From NCBI RefSeq assembly GCF_009914755.1, contig NC_060933.1: 64,000 bases of DNA. One strand, written 5' to 3'. Position numbers and translations under genes: made by a program. The notes beneath the pieces were generated by a model, which was not told the origin of the DNA, did no database searches, and saw only the letters and a list, made by a program, of their open reading frames with translations. Below, in pieces: positions 44,669 through 60,890 of this stretch. Numbering within the stretch: the stretch's first letter is position 1; the number at the start of each line of letters is the position of its first letter. Source of the stretch: the human T2T-CHM13v2.0 reference genome, Homo sapiens.

Positions 44669-46769
44669 ACCCTTTATTTCACAATCAAAGGAATAATCAC
44701 CATTGGCATCTTAGAGCATATGCTGCCTGTCTCTTTTTAAATACACATAACAATGTTTATCATGCTATCTATTTTATATCTTAGAGTCCTAAGTAGAATA
44801 AACCACAAATCGCAAATATTTTAAAGTATAATTATTGACCTTTTGTGTATTATAATCAACTATAGGGTAGTCTAAGGTATGAATGTTCTGCAATTTGCAT
44901 AACCAATTCTCTATTATTAGATATTTATGATACTAACACATCTTCACTGTTGAAAGTGTGATTAATACATAAATACATACATGTCATTTCTTATTATTCC
45001 TTTTAATGCACTTTTCTAGAAATAAATTTGTTCCTTAAAAATGTATAAATATATTTGTTACATAAGATTTTGTGTCTTTGATGGCTTTGTGTTATATATA
45101 CATATACATATACATATATTTTTCATTGCAAGGCTTTTATTTTGAAATCTTTCTCTCACATTAAAATTGCCAACTCTGTTTTCCTTTCCCAATATTTTTG
45201 TTTATTCTTTTGTTTCAATATTCCTGAACAATTTTATTTTAAGTAACTTTCCTGTAATTAGCAGAGTTAGATTTCATTTCTGACCTACTTGGAGAGTCCT
45301 AGATTTTTACCAGAAGAATAAAATTCATTTTGCATTGTTACAAACAATATTCTTACTTTTATTTTTATCATCCTATTTTACTGGTTTTCCTATTTCATAT
45401 TTTTATATTTTTTGGCTTGATTTTTTTCCCATTTCTTCTGTGTTTGCTACATTAACTCTGGTGTCTTTCTTGTTCTTAAACTAGTCATTTGGAAGCCATG
45501 ATTAGTGCCTTAAATTCTGGTAGTAAAGACTTAGAGGTTTTAAACAAAATCATTGGACTAAAATTTCTCTAATAGCAACAATATTAATGATAAGAAAGCC
45601 CATTTTAACCTTACCTTACATAAAGTCAGGCAATTAAATCATTTTTACTTACTATTTAACTCTGACCTTGCAGCTTTTATTGTTATATATCATATTTTTT
45701 CTGTATTTTATTGTCAAATTCTTAGTTTATTCTACATCTTAATTTCCAGAAATTATTGCTGACATTTTTATTGTTTTATAACTGTATTCATAATTACTTA
45801 GATGGTTACTATTTCTTTCATAGTTGTTTCTATATCTTTCAGACAATTTTTTAATTTGTATTTTTATTTGTATTTATTTTTTTCTTGAATAAAGTATATC
45901 TTTAATTGCATAGGTGATGTCCTTTCTTTATCTGGAGTCACACACGATTATTTGACTTTCATAAGTAAAATATTTAGAAATTGTGATCTTTGTTTAATTC
46001 AAATTCTGTAAACATTGATCAATTATTTTCTGTCAGATACAAAGTGTTAACTTTATTCCTTCAATAGTTATTTCATTTTCCTTCTGGATGTTTGAAGAAA
46101 TTCTAATTCATCCTTGAAATTCAAATATATCACAAGTTTGGGTCATAATATTTATCACTGACCTTTTCTCTGTTTACTGTGAATCTACTTAATATGCAGT
46201 TCTACCATTCCATAAGTCAGAAAAGTTTTCTTCCATTAATACTAACCATGGATGCAGGCCCATTTGTTCTAATGTCTTTTTCAAGAATAGAATTAGAGGT
46301 ATTTGTCTTTATATTGGTTGTTGTTAAGCATTATTTTCTGATAGCTAGTTGTCCTTTGTCCTTCTCTTTTGTGTTTTGGAATAGTTTCTTGCTTGTTCTC
46401 TACCTCTCTGAGTTTATTTTTTTAATGCCAATTGTTGATTTTAACTAATGTCGTCCTAATTCCACTATAGCTTGATTTATTCCTCTAATATTCATAATTA
46501 ACTTCTGATAGTCCCTTTTAGTTTTACTCTATAATCTTACCTCATCTTAGATATCTTTCAAAGTTTTTATTTTCAATTTAATATAGTTTATAAAGGAGAA
46601 GATACAATCTGAAATACCTGATTTTAACATAACATATCATATGTTAAAGTTTATTTCCGTATACTTTGAGGGATTCTGTATATTTACATAATTTATATTA
46701 CACTTTCATCATAGATTCCATTTTTGAAATTCTAGTCATTAATCCTGAAAGACGATATATATCTTTAAA

Positions 46770-46802
46770 TTTTTTGAGACAGGGTCTCACTGTTGCCCAG
46801 GC
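46770..46802 (-). mobile_element. Extremely 5'-truncated Alu (~33 bp of 3' end)
   Basis: 'ttttttgagacagggtctcactgttgcccaggc' flanked by CGATATATATCTT (46753-46765) and CGAATTATATCTT (46802-46814). Confidence 0.65.
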
Positions 46803-47334
46803 GAATTATATCTTGCTATTTAATTTTCAGAAAAATGATGTGTACAGATCCTTTTGTGGATCCTGTCACTGATCAACTGTGCGATACTAGAATTCTCATC
46901 TCAAATATGAAGTTTAATCATCAGATTAAAACTTTTCACAGAACTTCTAAGTGACCAGTAACATAAAGGGAAGAGAAGCGTACAGGTTACAGATATTATT
47001 TTGAATACTAATAAAATTCTACATTGGGACTATTTTTTTGCAACCTCTTTTCTCTCTTGACTTCCATTTAGGTAAATAGATTCAGATTCCTCACTTATTT
47101 TCTATTGAAAAATTAGAAAAGTATCTTACATCAAGAATTGGCTTTAAATATCAAGGAAAATTTGAATCACAGACAAGCCAAAGCAATGGCTGACTTTGTG
47201 TATATTTTGCCTCTATTTGCACTTAAAGACTACTCCTGCATCTACCTGTAAAAGTAGCAGCAAATGATATTAAACCAGATAGGTCAATATTTGTACAAAT
47301 TTTCTCCCAATTTTTTCAATTATTTTCTGTTATC

Positions 47335-48595
47335 TTTTTTTAATTGACAAGTAAAAATTATATATACTTAGAGTTTACAACAGGTTTTGATATATGTGTA
47401 CATTGTGGAACGGATAAATCAAGCTATTTAAAATCTGAATTGCCTCACATATTTATTTATTTACTTTGGTGAGAACACTTGAAAGCTGCTCTGTTAGAAA
47501 TTTTTAAGTATACAATATACTGTTAACTGTGGTCACCATAATGTACAATAGAGCTCTTTAACTTATTTCTACTCCTTAACTAAAATTTTGCGTCCTTTGA
47601 CCAACATCTCTCTAATCCCTCTACACCTTCATTCTCTAATTCTGTGAGTTTGACTTTTTGCATTCCATATATGAGATCATGTGGCATTTGTCTTTCTGTG
47701 CCTGGCCTGTTTCACTTAAAATAATGTCCACTAAGTTCATCCACATTGTCACAAATAAGAGCATTTTCTTCTTCTTCTTCTCCTTCTCCGTCGTCTTCTT
47801 CTCCTTTTTTTTTTTTTTTCCAGTACAGATGGGGTTTTGCTCTTGAACTCCCGGCCTCAAGTAATCCTCCCACCTTGGCTGCCCAAAATGCTGGGATTAC
47901 AGGCATGAGCCCCCACGACTGGCCTAGATTTCCTTCTTTTTTAAGGTTGAATAATATGATATGTAATGATATATAGCACAATTGTATTATAATTATATAA
48001 TGTATATTTTTAATAAAAGTATAATAATGTGTTGTATACATATCACATTTTTTATGCATTCTTCCATCAGGGCACACTTAGGTTAACTCCATATCTCGGC
48101 TATTGTAAATGACAATACACTGATTATGGGAGTGCAGTTGTCTCTTCAACATGCTGATTTCATCGCCTGTGGACATATACCCAGTAGTAGGATTGCTGGA
48201 TCATATGGTATCTTATTTTTAATTTTTTGAGGAACCTCCATACATGTTTTCATAATCGCTGTGCCAATTTACATTCTCTCCCACAGTGTACCAAGGTTTC
48301 CCTTTTCTCCACATCCTCACCAACACTTGTTATCTTTCAACTTTGTGATAATAATCATTCTAACATGTAAGATGATACCTCATTGTGGTTTGATTTGCAT
48401 TTCCCTGATGATTGGAGATGTTGAACACATTTTAAATATATGTATTGACTGTGTGTATGTCTTCTTTTTAGAAATGTTTATTTGGGTACTTTGACCATTT
48501 TTTAATTTTTTTTTTTACTATTGAGGTGAGTTATTTATATATTTTGATATGAACCCCATATCAAATATCTGGTTTACAAATACACTCTCCCATTG
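47335..48595 (-). mobile_element. L1MA8-type 3' fragment containing a FLAM insertion
   Basis: 'aattgacaagtaaaaattatatat...gtggaacggataaatcaagcta...ggtgagaacacttgaaa' and, further on, antisense ORF2 'ttttgaggaacctccatac...ctcattgtggtttgatttgcatttccctgatg'. Confidence 0.85.
47765..47924 (-). mobile_element. FLAM / free left Alu monomer with (TTC)n/T tail
   Basis: 'gaactcccggcctcaagtaatcctcccaccttggctgcccaaaatgctgggattacaggcatgagc...ctggcc', with only a left arm present. Confidence 0.8.
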
Positions 48596-49969
48596 TACAC
48601 CTATGTTCCATTTCCAAGCTACTGACACTATATTTCTGTTAGCAAGTATAGTACACCTTCAAAATGATAAGAAAAGTGCTGGTGTACTGTTTAATTCTAA
48701 GTTACAAGAATGGTTCCAGTATAGCATCTTGTTTTTAACATACTCTAAATCCTTTGTGTTCTAGGCAACTGATTTTTCCTATCCTGTTCTACATAAGTAA
48801 TGAAGGTTATGTTTGGCAAGATGATGACTAAATTTTGTTGTTTTTCTGGAGGAAAACAGATCCCTACCCCCTCCCCACTAAATTCTATTGTTACATTCAT
48901 TCTTTCTACCTGCACACACAAAGATAAATGAATGACCAGCAAACCCATACACTGGCTGAATGTGATAACCAACTTCATTTAAAGAAGAGTTGAGTTTTAA
49001 ATCAGGATTTTCACATATCTTACTTTTTAAGGAATTACCCCTCTCTCTTCCTAGAACTTACCTGGATCTGATTGGACTTGAAAAATAAATTTCTGTCTAC
49101 CTCCTTCGTTCCCTTAATTTGCAAAGTGGCATCTGGGTGGAAAATGGGTTTAGGGAATATCTCAAATTTACTGATTGCTAAACTGTATAAAATTGGGTAA
49201 GTACTTAATTTTACTAAAGCATAAAAGATATATATATATATATATGCTTTATAAGGATTTTGTGGTAATTAGTTGATATGAAGCATGCAATAAAGTATAG
49301 CACAGTTTCTACAACTTATTCTGTGTTTAATAAAGGTCAGTTTCCTGTCCCTTCAAGTTTTTCCAAGTTTTTGTTGTTTCTTTATTTGCTGTTTTGTTTT
49401 AACTTTAACCTTTCTTAAAAACTTGAGGGTTTAAAACATCCTCTGCAATTTCACAACAACCAGATGTAAACCAGAACTAAAAGTGGAGCTTGAATTAAAA
49501 TCTCTGCATACTTACAATAACAAGATAATATTCCCTGCATTCCACATGTTGGAGATTTATTTTGCAAATTTGAAGCCTCTATTATATTTGTTGCTTAATT
49601 GTTAAGGTTGGTTTGAATTATATACATGTTAACTCTCTTCATATAAAAATTATCATTTGATAATAGAATGTATGTTTGTCTCCAAATGTTTTGGCCTTTT
49701 TAAATATTGGTTTGATCATAAATTGGAGATCTATGTTATTCACTGATAGTACAAATTAATAGTGGGTGAACGAGTAAATAACTATTCTACACATGATGGT
49801 TTGGGGTTATTTTTGGAAGCTAATTTATGAACTTTTGACTGTAATTCTAAAATCTTGACTTTTCAGAAGGAACTAGACCTCAGAAATCTACTCTATTTAA
49901 AATATGCTATTTGATAAGTAAAAGACAACAATACACAATAATACAACCTACCTGATCTAGTAACGACTC

Positions 49970-50112
49970 TATCGTTTATACATTTAATCATCACAATGAA
50001 TTTGTGAGGTTGGTCCAATTATTGTTTCAATTGGTAGATGATGACACTGATATACAGAAATCACAAGTAACTTGCCTGGAGTCCCACAGTCAGTAAAGGA
50101 TAGGGTTTGAAT
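49970..50112 (-). mobile_element. MIR fragment
   Basis: 'atttaatcatcacaatg...gtagatgatgacactga...agtaacttgcctggagtcccacag...gggtttgaa'. Confidence 0.7.
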
Positions 50113-51779
50113 AACACACCTCTCTCAATTAAACACATACCCAAATATTTGAAGGGAAAGTTTGTTCTAGAATAATGGTATGAGGACACATTGTTCTTTC
50201 GTACATAGGGGTCCTGACTTTTTATATAAATTCCTAAATAATAAGAAGGACTAGAAGCTAATACACAGCATTGGATGAAAGCTTGAATGCAAAATAGTCA
50301 ACTTTATTCATCAATACTTATTTAAAATCTCACTGCTGCTGTCAAGAGCTGGTAAAGCAGAGGTTGGTGTATATACGCTGTCTCTAACTGGGATACATCA
50401 AGAACTGTCCCTGATTACATAAATAAATGGAGTAATTGAGCTCACGCTGCATGTGGAAAGTCATGTTCCTAGCAATTATTCCTCTTTGGGAAGATAAGTT
50501 TATTTATCAATGTCTACTTGCTACACAGTTCAAATAAATCTTTTTCTAAGTGAAGCATTTGACTTGCAGTCCATGACTATCTGGAAAACATGACCATTCA
50601 ACCCAATCTGAGATTTACACCTTAGCTCAAAACAGGCTCAAGTGCAACATGCAACTTGCTGGCTGACAATGTGTTGATGTTTAATTTGACATTAAAATCA
50701 ATTATTGGGAAAGGGGAGCAACAGCACCATTAGGGAAATTGCTGCTGATTTTATATTCTGTCACATCAAAGTGAACTGGAGATTAATATTCTCATATTTT
50801 ATTGTTAAAACATTTTAATTTCTTTTAAGTGTGTATTTCAGGTTGTGAATCCTTCATGAGAACCCAGCTCAGTCGTTCCAATTTGCATATGAAAGCTACA
50901 ATATTGTGACACTTACCTGTCAGCAGGTACTTTAGCCCGTTGAAGGTATTCACCTGCCAAAAGTTCTTTAATGTTGGAATCTAACTGAAGAATTCAGAAA
51001 ATATAAAATACATAAATAATATGCCTAATGCTTATTTAAAGCCTCTCCCAGATTTGCTGATTTTCTGATTATAGAAAGAAAGAAAGGCTATTTTCACTTT
51101 CTGGAACGACTGAAGAAAGCATTCAACTTTGTTGAGCCTAAATTTGTGGATAACTGTTGAACCTTCCCATATGGGATATATTTAAATACTCTCCGAGCCT
51201 GTTGTATTCTGCTCTTTTATTTTCAGAAGAAGGAATTTCCAGCCAAAAGCAGACTCTGTGCCCTAACAAAGAATGTACTGGGTGTACTGGGCTGAACAAT
51301 ATAAAAATGAACCTGAAGTACTATTATTATCTCTTTTCTTTGCCCATATCTGAATTCTTCAGACTAAAGGGTTGCAGAGAACAACGATAGTAGCCTAAAA
51401 TTTCCAGGGATTAATCCAAAGTTTATTGAAGAAACCTCATCCAAAGAAAACCAGCTTCTCCCAGTTTATAATGCCCTCCTTCTACTGAGGGACCCCATTG
51501 ACAGGTACACATTTGTAAATATGAAGAACTGGAAACGGATGTACACCTCTGCATTAGTTTTTTTCTTTTTTTCCTTCTTCATGGCTTAGCTGTAAGAATA
51601 ATTCACCTTTAAGCTTTCCTCCCTCTGATGTTCTCCAGCCTTTTTCACTAAGTAGATTTCAGCCTTTTGGGGTCAAGAGGTTTTTGTACAAATAGACATT
51701 CTGATAGTCATGCACATATCCATTCATTTATTCCTTCCACAAACTTCTACTGTGATAGTAAAGCAATAAAAATAATAAA

Positions 51780-51935
51780 TATTGGAGTCAGACTTATGTG
51801 ATTGTGACCATTTATCAGCTGTGTAAACAAAGGCAAATTACCTGACAACATGATTGTCTACAACTTCTGCTGCAGAATGAAAATATATTGTAAAGATTAA
51901 AGGGTACTGTATGTGGCAAGTGCCTAGTATACTGA
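51780..51935 (+). mobile_element. MIR fragment
   Basis: 'ttggagtcagac...ccatttatcagctgtgtaaac...ggcaaattacctgac...ttgtaaagattaaa...atgtggcaagtgcctagtata'. Confidence 0.65.
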
Positions 51936-53087
51936 TTGTCTTGACCACAATATGTGTTCTTCAATAGCATCTCTAAAATTAGAGGAAGATTTGCACAGCA
52001 GAGAGAAAAGGAAAAAGTTTTAGTCAAAGAAATTGAGTTCAACTTCTGTTTTGCCACTAGACTGTAAATTTGGTAAAATAATCTCTCAGGCTTATTTTTT
52101 AAATAACCTTAACAATAATATCTATCTCAAAAAATTATTGAGATATTTACATGAGATGATGACAGATTAATCATTTAGCACTGTTCTTCTCACAGAGTGG
52201 TTACATAAATAATGATACATATTAAAGATTATTTTTATTTCTAATAACATGTGATGGTGATAGACTAAGTAAACAGGGATGAACACGTTGTAAGGCCCAA
52301 AACAAAGATATAACAAAGAGCTGTGAGAACATCTCACTCTGCCAGGAAAAATATAAAAATGCTTGCAATGAGCTAGAGTTTAAGCATAACCAAGTAACTT
52401 TGAACCATTCAGCCTACAGAGAAACTTGGACTCCCGATGAGATATCCCCAAACTTTACTGAGATTGGAGAGGACAGGCATTGCAAAATGCAGTGCAACTT
52501 AATAAATGTTTATTTTCTGTGTGATCTAGCCCCTGTTGTAGGTGCTATGAATATAAAGATGCATGCAACTAATCTCATTCCCCTAAAATATGCTACAGTG
52601 GCCAATTAGAGATTCTAGAACACTGATTAGAGAGTTATTAATTCTGTTGATTTGTGGGAGGTGAGAAAACAGTACAAAGAGATGGAATTTGGAGATCAGA
52701 TGAACAAGTGTACACAAATTGGACAATGAAAGAAAGGATGTTATCAGTGGACAAAAGAGTCAAAAACTGAAGTAATGCAGATGTCATGGTATGTACAGAA
52801 AATATATAAGAATATATAACTTACTAAGATTTTGGATTTTATACTCCATGTAAGAAGGTCTTTGTGCATAAAAATTCCAGGTTTAGAATTGTGTTTTCAT
52901 AAGATGGTTCTGGGGTAGTAAATTAGGAAAGGAGAATTAGAAAATGTGGGACATTTGTTTCTTAAGTTATTTTTTGCTAAATATGCCAGGCAGGTGTTAG
53001 GGATTCAATAATAAACAATAGGGTCAAGGTTTTGATCATCTGCCTATGGCAACAGAAGGGTTAAGAATGATAGTGAGTTTTTGGAGT

Positions 53088-53122
53088 ATTTGTTGTTTGT
53101 TTGTTTGTTTGTTTGTTTGTTT
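53088..53122. repeat. (TTTG)n microsatellite
   Basis: Direct reading. Confidence 0.92.
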
Positions 53123-53125
53123 TAG

Positions 53126-55676
<2,551 letters not shown>

Positions 55677-56280
55677 AGAAAAGTGCTTTTCAAACTTTCC
55701 CATTAAAATACCCACAAAGGCAAAGGAAATTTAATACACAACCTCACAGGGATTGCTGTGAGGAAGAAATAGAATAATATCATAAAATACTTGGCCCGTG
55801 TTAGATGTTTGTCTTGTTATTGTTCTTAATGTCCTTGTTAAAATAATAAAATATAGACACATGGAACTCAGAAGCATCTTTTTCCTTACTATTCCTATTC
55901 TCCTATCATTGAGTCTCTCCCTGGCTCTCCAGTCCTTTAACTCTATACTTACACTCTTAATTTTTGCCCTTGGCCCTTCTCTATTTAGCTATAGTTCTGA
56001 TTGGTTTCTGTGTGACTTCAGACCTTCTCACTTCATTCTCAAATCAACATCATTCCTGGACATCACCATCATTTTCAAATGCTGGTAAGTAAGACACAAC
56101 CCTTCCAAATGCTACTGAGACCTTTCACTTAGCCCACAATCAGAGCAGAGATTTGGACCATTTTTACCCTTCCATTTGTAACTGTTCTCACCTTGAAACT
56201 GTTAAACACCCTGGTCCAATACAGAATTATTTTAAATATTTAAATATACAAGTTGACTAATGTCTTATAGTCAGAGATTC

Positions 56281-56591
<311 letters not shown>

Positions 56592-59500
56592 TAAGTAAGA
56601 TTTGATACTTATGCTCAGTGGAAGCAAGGGTCCATGCAAACAAATTATAATCAGCTTAATGTCAATTATCCATTAATTATTGGACCATTTTAATATGTAA
56701 TTAATTGAATTGATAACACATTGATATTGTTAAACATTTTAAAGGTACAAAAGAGTATACAGAAAAATGTCCATCTCCACTCGAGTCCATTCCAGCCATC
56801 CAACATCCACTCTTTTCCAAGGGTGTTTGAGGTGGGGGCAGGGAAATATTGTCAGTTCCTCTACTGTTCTTTTAGGATAGTTTATGCATGCAGGAGCAAA
56901 CACAATATGAACTATTTTACTTTGATAAAATACATACAGAACTGTGTAGACTTTGTTTATTGCCTTGCTTTTTCACATAATACTGTACCTTGAAAATTGT
57001 CTTCAAACACCTTTTTTTCTTACTTTTTTTTACAGCTGCACAATGTTCTATTTTATGTGTGTATCATAAATATAACAGTTGAGTTATGTTTAGGTACTGC
57101 TATATTCAGGCAGTTGAAAAAAAAATTGAAAGTTTTACCAATAGTCCTTTTTGGGCCCTAAGCTGACAGATGTTATTTGAGGTGAAAGAGCTCCAGAATG
57201 AGAAAACTTTCTATCTTCTCCTAAACACTGTGAGCAAGACAAGAAGTTCTGTAGGTTTTGTGTAGTTGAAGCTTACAGAAAATCAGGTTACAGTCCAACT
57301 ACAACATACTCAAACTTGAATATGTTAAAATACCAACAGACTTGCCTATACCTTTACTAAAATGTGGCTTTTTTTCCCACAGAAATGATGTTTTAGGAAT
57401 GTTTATCTTTACAATGTCAAACACAAATGACTGAAAATAGAATGCTACTGAATTTCACTTGCATCTGACTTTTTTTTGTCAAATGCTTCAGTATATCTGC
57501 TCACTACAGAATGCGTTTACACTACTGTGTCTACTTAAGATTTCTGATCATCTGTGTCTGCTGAAAAGGCTACAATGTAAATTATAATGACTGTAACTAA
57601 AATTAGTCTTTCTATGACACACACATAAAAAAACTTAACTATATATTTTCAAAAGCATTATTTAATTTAATTTCAACATATATGGTTTTTTTTCTATTCT
57701 TGGGCATTGTTTTCCAGGTTAATATTAAGTTGGATATATTAAGATTTACAAAAATCCCCAAATCTACAAACTCCAGATAGTTTTAACACTGTTAAATACA
57801 GTATCCATTTTATAGCTTCCAATTTTCTGGATTTCACAACAGGATAGCTTTTTCATTAATTCTTTCCCTCCAGCTTATCTTCAACCATAATTCTGTTTTA
57901 CTTAACTATATTTAAAAGAGCTCCTTCAGTACTAGGGTAAATGTCACCATTAAAAAAAAGAAAACAGCAATTTTCAAAGTGTGGCAAACTTTAAAAAAAA
58001 GTTCAAATATTCAAATGGCTTTTAATATTAATATTTAAATACCTTAAATTAGAAAGTACTTGAATAAATAAAATGTCACTTCTCCACCAGTATTCATAAG
58101 TAGATGCCTGTCGTTTCTATACCAAATTGATTAAATGGAGGTGGAGTGGACCTATGTCATTTAATTGAATCATTATGCTAACGGTCATCAGTATGGCCAC
58201 GTTAATATATCTGTCCTAGGTAATTTGGAAATAAAATAGATTAATTCCCCTTAATTTCTTTACCATCACCACTTCTTACCACTACTTCCACTAAACAAAC
58301 AAACATAAATGTACATGCACACATACATACAGCCCATTATGCTTCAGTAAAGTTTTACTGAATAAATAACTTTGGGTTGAGGAAAGGAAGCAAATATGAG
58401 GAACCTTCAGATGATAAATTATATTTGAAAATCAAACAGCCAAATTTTATAGGCCTTTTCTCTGTCTTGTAAACATTCTCATCCTGCATACTCATGGAGA
58501 GAAGTAATGGAGAGAAGTAATATGAAAGAGCAAACCTAGATTATTTGTGTAGTAAACTAAATAGTATATTCCCCAAAGCAAGCAAACAAATGGTAAAAAA
58601 AAGAAGTTGAGCTATTCTGCATTTATATAGAAAGAATTGCACAGATTTCTTTTTTCAGGAGAAATGACTTGTGAGATTCTTTTACCTAGTTTTCCAAATA
58701 TAGACTTTAACTCCAGCAAGCCTGAACAGATAGCTTAATGAAGACAAAGTCAACTAGACCCTTCTATAAAGATGGAATTTAAACATTGGTGTTAGCATTC
58801 AAGAGCCATGTGAGTCTGTTGACCATTTTGAGTCTTGGTTTTCATAGCAGCAAGTGCTGGAATAAAGGAATGGTTTTTAAACTGGTGCAGGAGCTCTGCT
58901 GAGCACCCAGTCTCTGAGATCCCCTCCTTCACAACAATCCATTTATCAAGTTCTTTTTTTTAATCTCTTTAACATATTTGCTTTTAGGTAATATTTCACC
59001 TGAACAAATAATCCAGTACAGTTAATCAGAAATCACTGGACCAGATCACCAGACGAAGCCTCTTCCCCCTGGATCTAAATGTTGCATAGTTCTCCAATCA
59101 GACAAACTCATAGTTATGCATAAAGCAATGTCCTGATTTACAAGCAGGTAAAATTCAAAAGTGAACAACTGTGAGGCGGAAGCTGAGGACATTGGGAAGT
59201 AAACCACATCCTTGACATCATTTTAGCTCTCCCTAACTTTGTTACCCCAATGGGTTTATAAAGTGTGAACCTTTATACAATTTAAATCAAATCCCTCTTT
59301 AAATTCTTTCAGAGGCTACTAGTTATTCTTGTGTAAAATTTAAGCTTCATGCCCAGCTAAAGACATTTTGTGACCTGGATGCTGAGGCCTGCCTCACTAG
59401 CTTTAATATTCACCACACCCTACAAGGCCCTACTCCTGACTTTTGGAGCTACTGTATTTGCACTTCCTCCACTTCACCATGCTTCTCACTCCCCTCTGTA

Positions 59501-59913
59501 GCTTTGCTTGCTCATACATGCTCATGCTTCTTCCAAAAAAGCCGACTTTTCTGGTTCCTCCTGACATCCTGACTTGATTAAACTTTTATTGCTTTCAGGA
59601 ATCTTCCTCTGACTCTCCACAAACTGGATTAGATGGCTCTCAAAGTGGTGATTCCAAAATCCTGAGCTTACCTTTGGCAAAACACTTGCCTGAGTTAGAC
59701 TTTCTTAAAATTGTCCTTCCCTGACATGATGCTGGAAACTCTTCAAAGAGAGAGACTATGACTTTAATTTCTCCCAGTGCCTCATAGAGAACACAGTAAG
59801 TGGTCAGTACATGCTTCCAGAAAAATTAATGAAGAAATAGTTTGAGATTACATATTCTGAAAATATTAAGGCCGCTTGGCCAAAATGTAAACGCTTTGTG
59901 GGGCTTTTACAAT

Positions 59914-60890
59914 TGTTAATAGAAAAATCAAACTCTGGTCTGGGCACGGTGGCTCATGCCTGTAATCCCAACACTTTGGGAGGTCAAGGCAGGCGGATCA
60001 CTTGAGGTCAGACGTTCGAGACCAGCCTGGCCAACATGGCAAAACCACGTCTCTACTAAAAATACAAAAATTAGCCTGGCATGGTGGAGTGTGCCTGTAA
60101 TCCTAGCTACTTGGGGGGCTGAGGCAGGAGAATTGCTTGAACTCGGGAGGTGTTGCAGTGAGCAGAAATCGTGCCATTGCACTCCTGCCTGGGCGACAGA
60201 ACGAGACTCTGTCTGGAAAAAAAAAAAAATCAAACTCTGTAAAAATATATTAAAGAGGCTTATTCTGGGCCAATATCAGCCACTGCAGCACAGGGAAAAA
60301 CACAATCCCAGGAAGCCTTGACTAAGAGGTCCAGGGGCAGATAGGTCACATCCCTGTTTTATACATTTTAGGGAAGTAGATGTTACAGTCATAAAGCAAT
60401 ACATGGAAGTTAAACATTGGTTTGGCCCCAAAAGTTGGGTATCCTCAAGTGGGGGCTTATGGGGCATAGGAGGGTTCAGAGATTCTTTAATTTGCAATTT
60501 GTTAAAGGAGTAATGCTTTGTCAAAAAATTTGGAGTCAGCAGAAAGGAATGTTTAAGTTAAGACGAGGAATTCTTTTAACCAATACACTGGGTCGGAGTG
60601 ACCTGTAGGGGCATTTGACTTAACCCTTGTCTAGCATGGCCTTAGGTCCTGTTTATCACTTCATATCTTGTCACAAAGAGTTGTTTTATTAGTTCTATGA
60701 ACTCCACTTTATTATTAATACTGCTTGGTTGTGTCTAAACTCCAAAAACGAGGGAATACAAGGGGGCGTGTCTAATCTCTTATTCTGTCATGGCCAACAA
60801 CTCAGTTTTTCAGGTTTCTCTGGGTCCCCTTGGCCACAAGGGGTTCCACTCAATCAGTTGGGGTGCTTAGGATTTTATTTTTAGTTTACA
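59914..60890 (-). mobile_element. MER4-family (MER4D/E-like, ERV1) solo LTR
   Basis: TG...CA termini (minus strand begins TGTAAACTAAAAATAAAATCCTAAGCACCCCAACTG). 4-bp TSD CAAT at 59910-59913 and 60891-60894. Confidence 0.85.
59938..60224 (+). mobile_element. AluS (Sx/Sz-type) inserted into the MER4 LTR
   Basis: Full dimer with perfect 15-bp TSD AAAAATCAAACTCTG at 59923-59937 and 60225-60239. Confidence 0.93.

Noticed and set aside
47636-48077. ORFs with poly-K, poly-E, poly-S and poly-F tracts
   Set aside because: Translation of the FLAM tail (TTC/T runs) inside L1MA8.
59928-60321. 101- and 121-aa ORFs (also 22306-22654 and 56349-56594)
   Set aside because: Classic Alu-derived frames, with no evidence of being genes.
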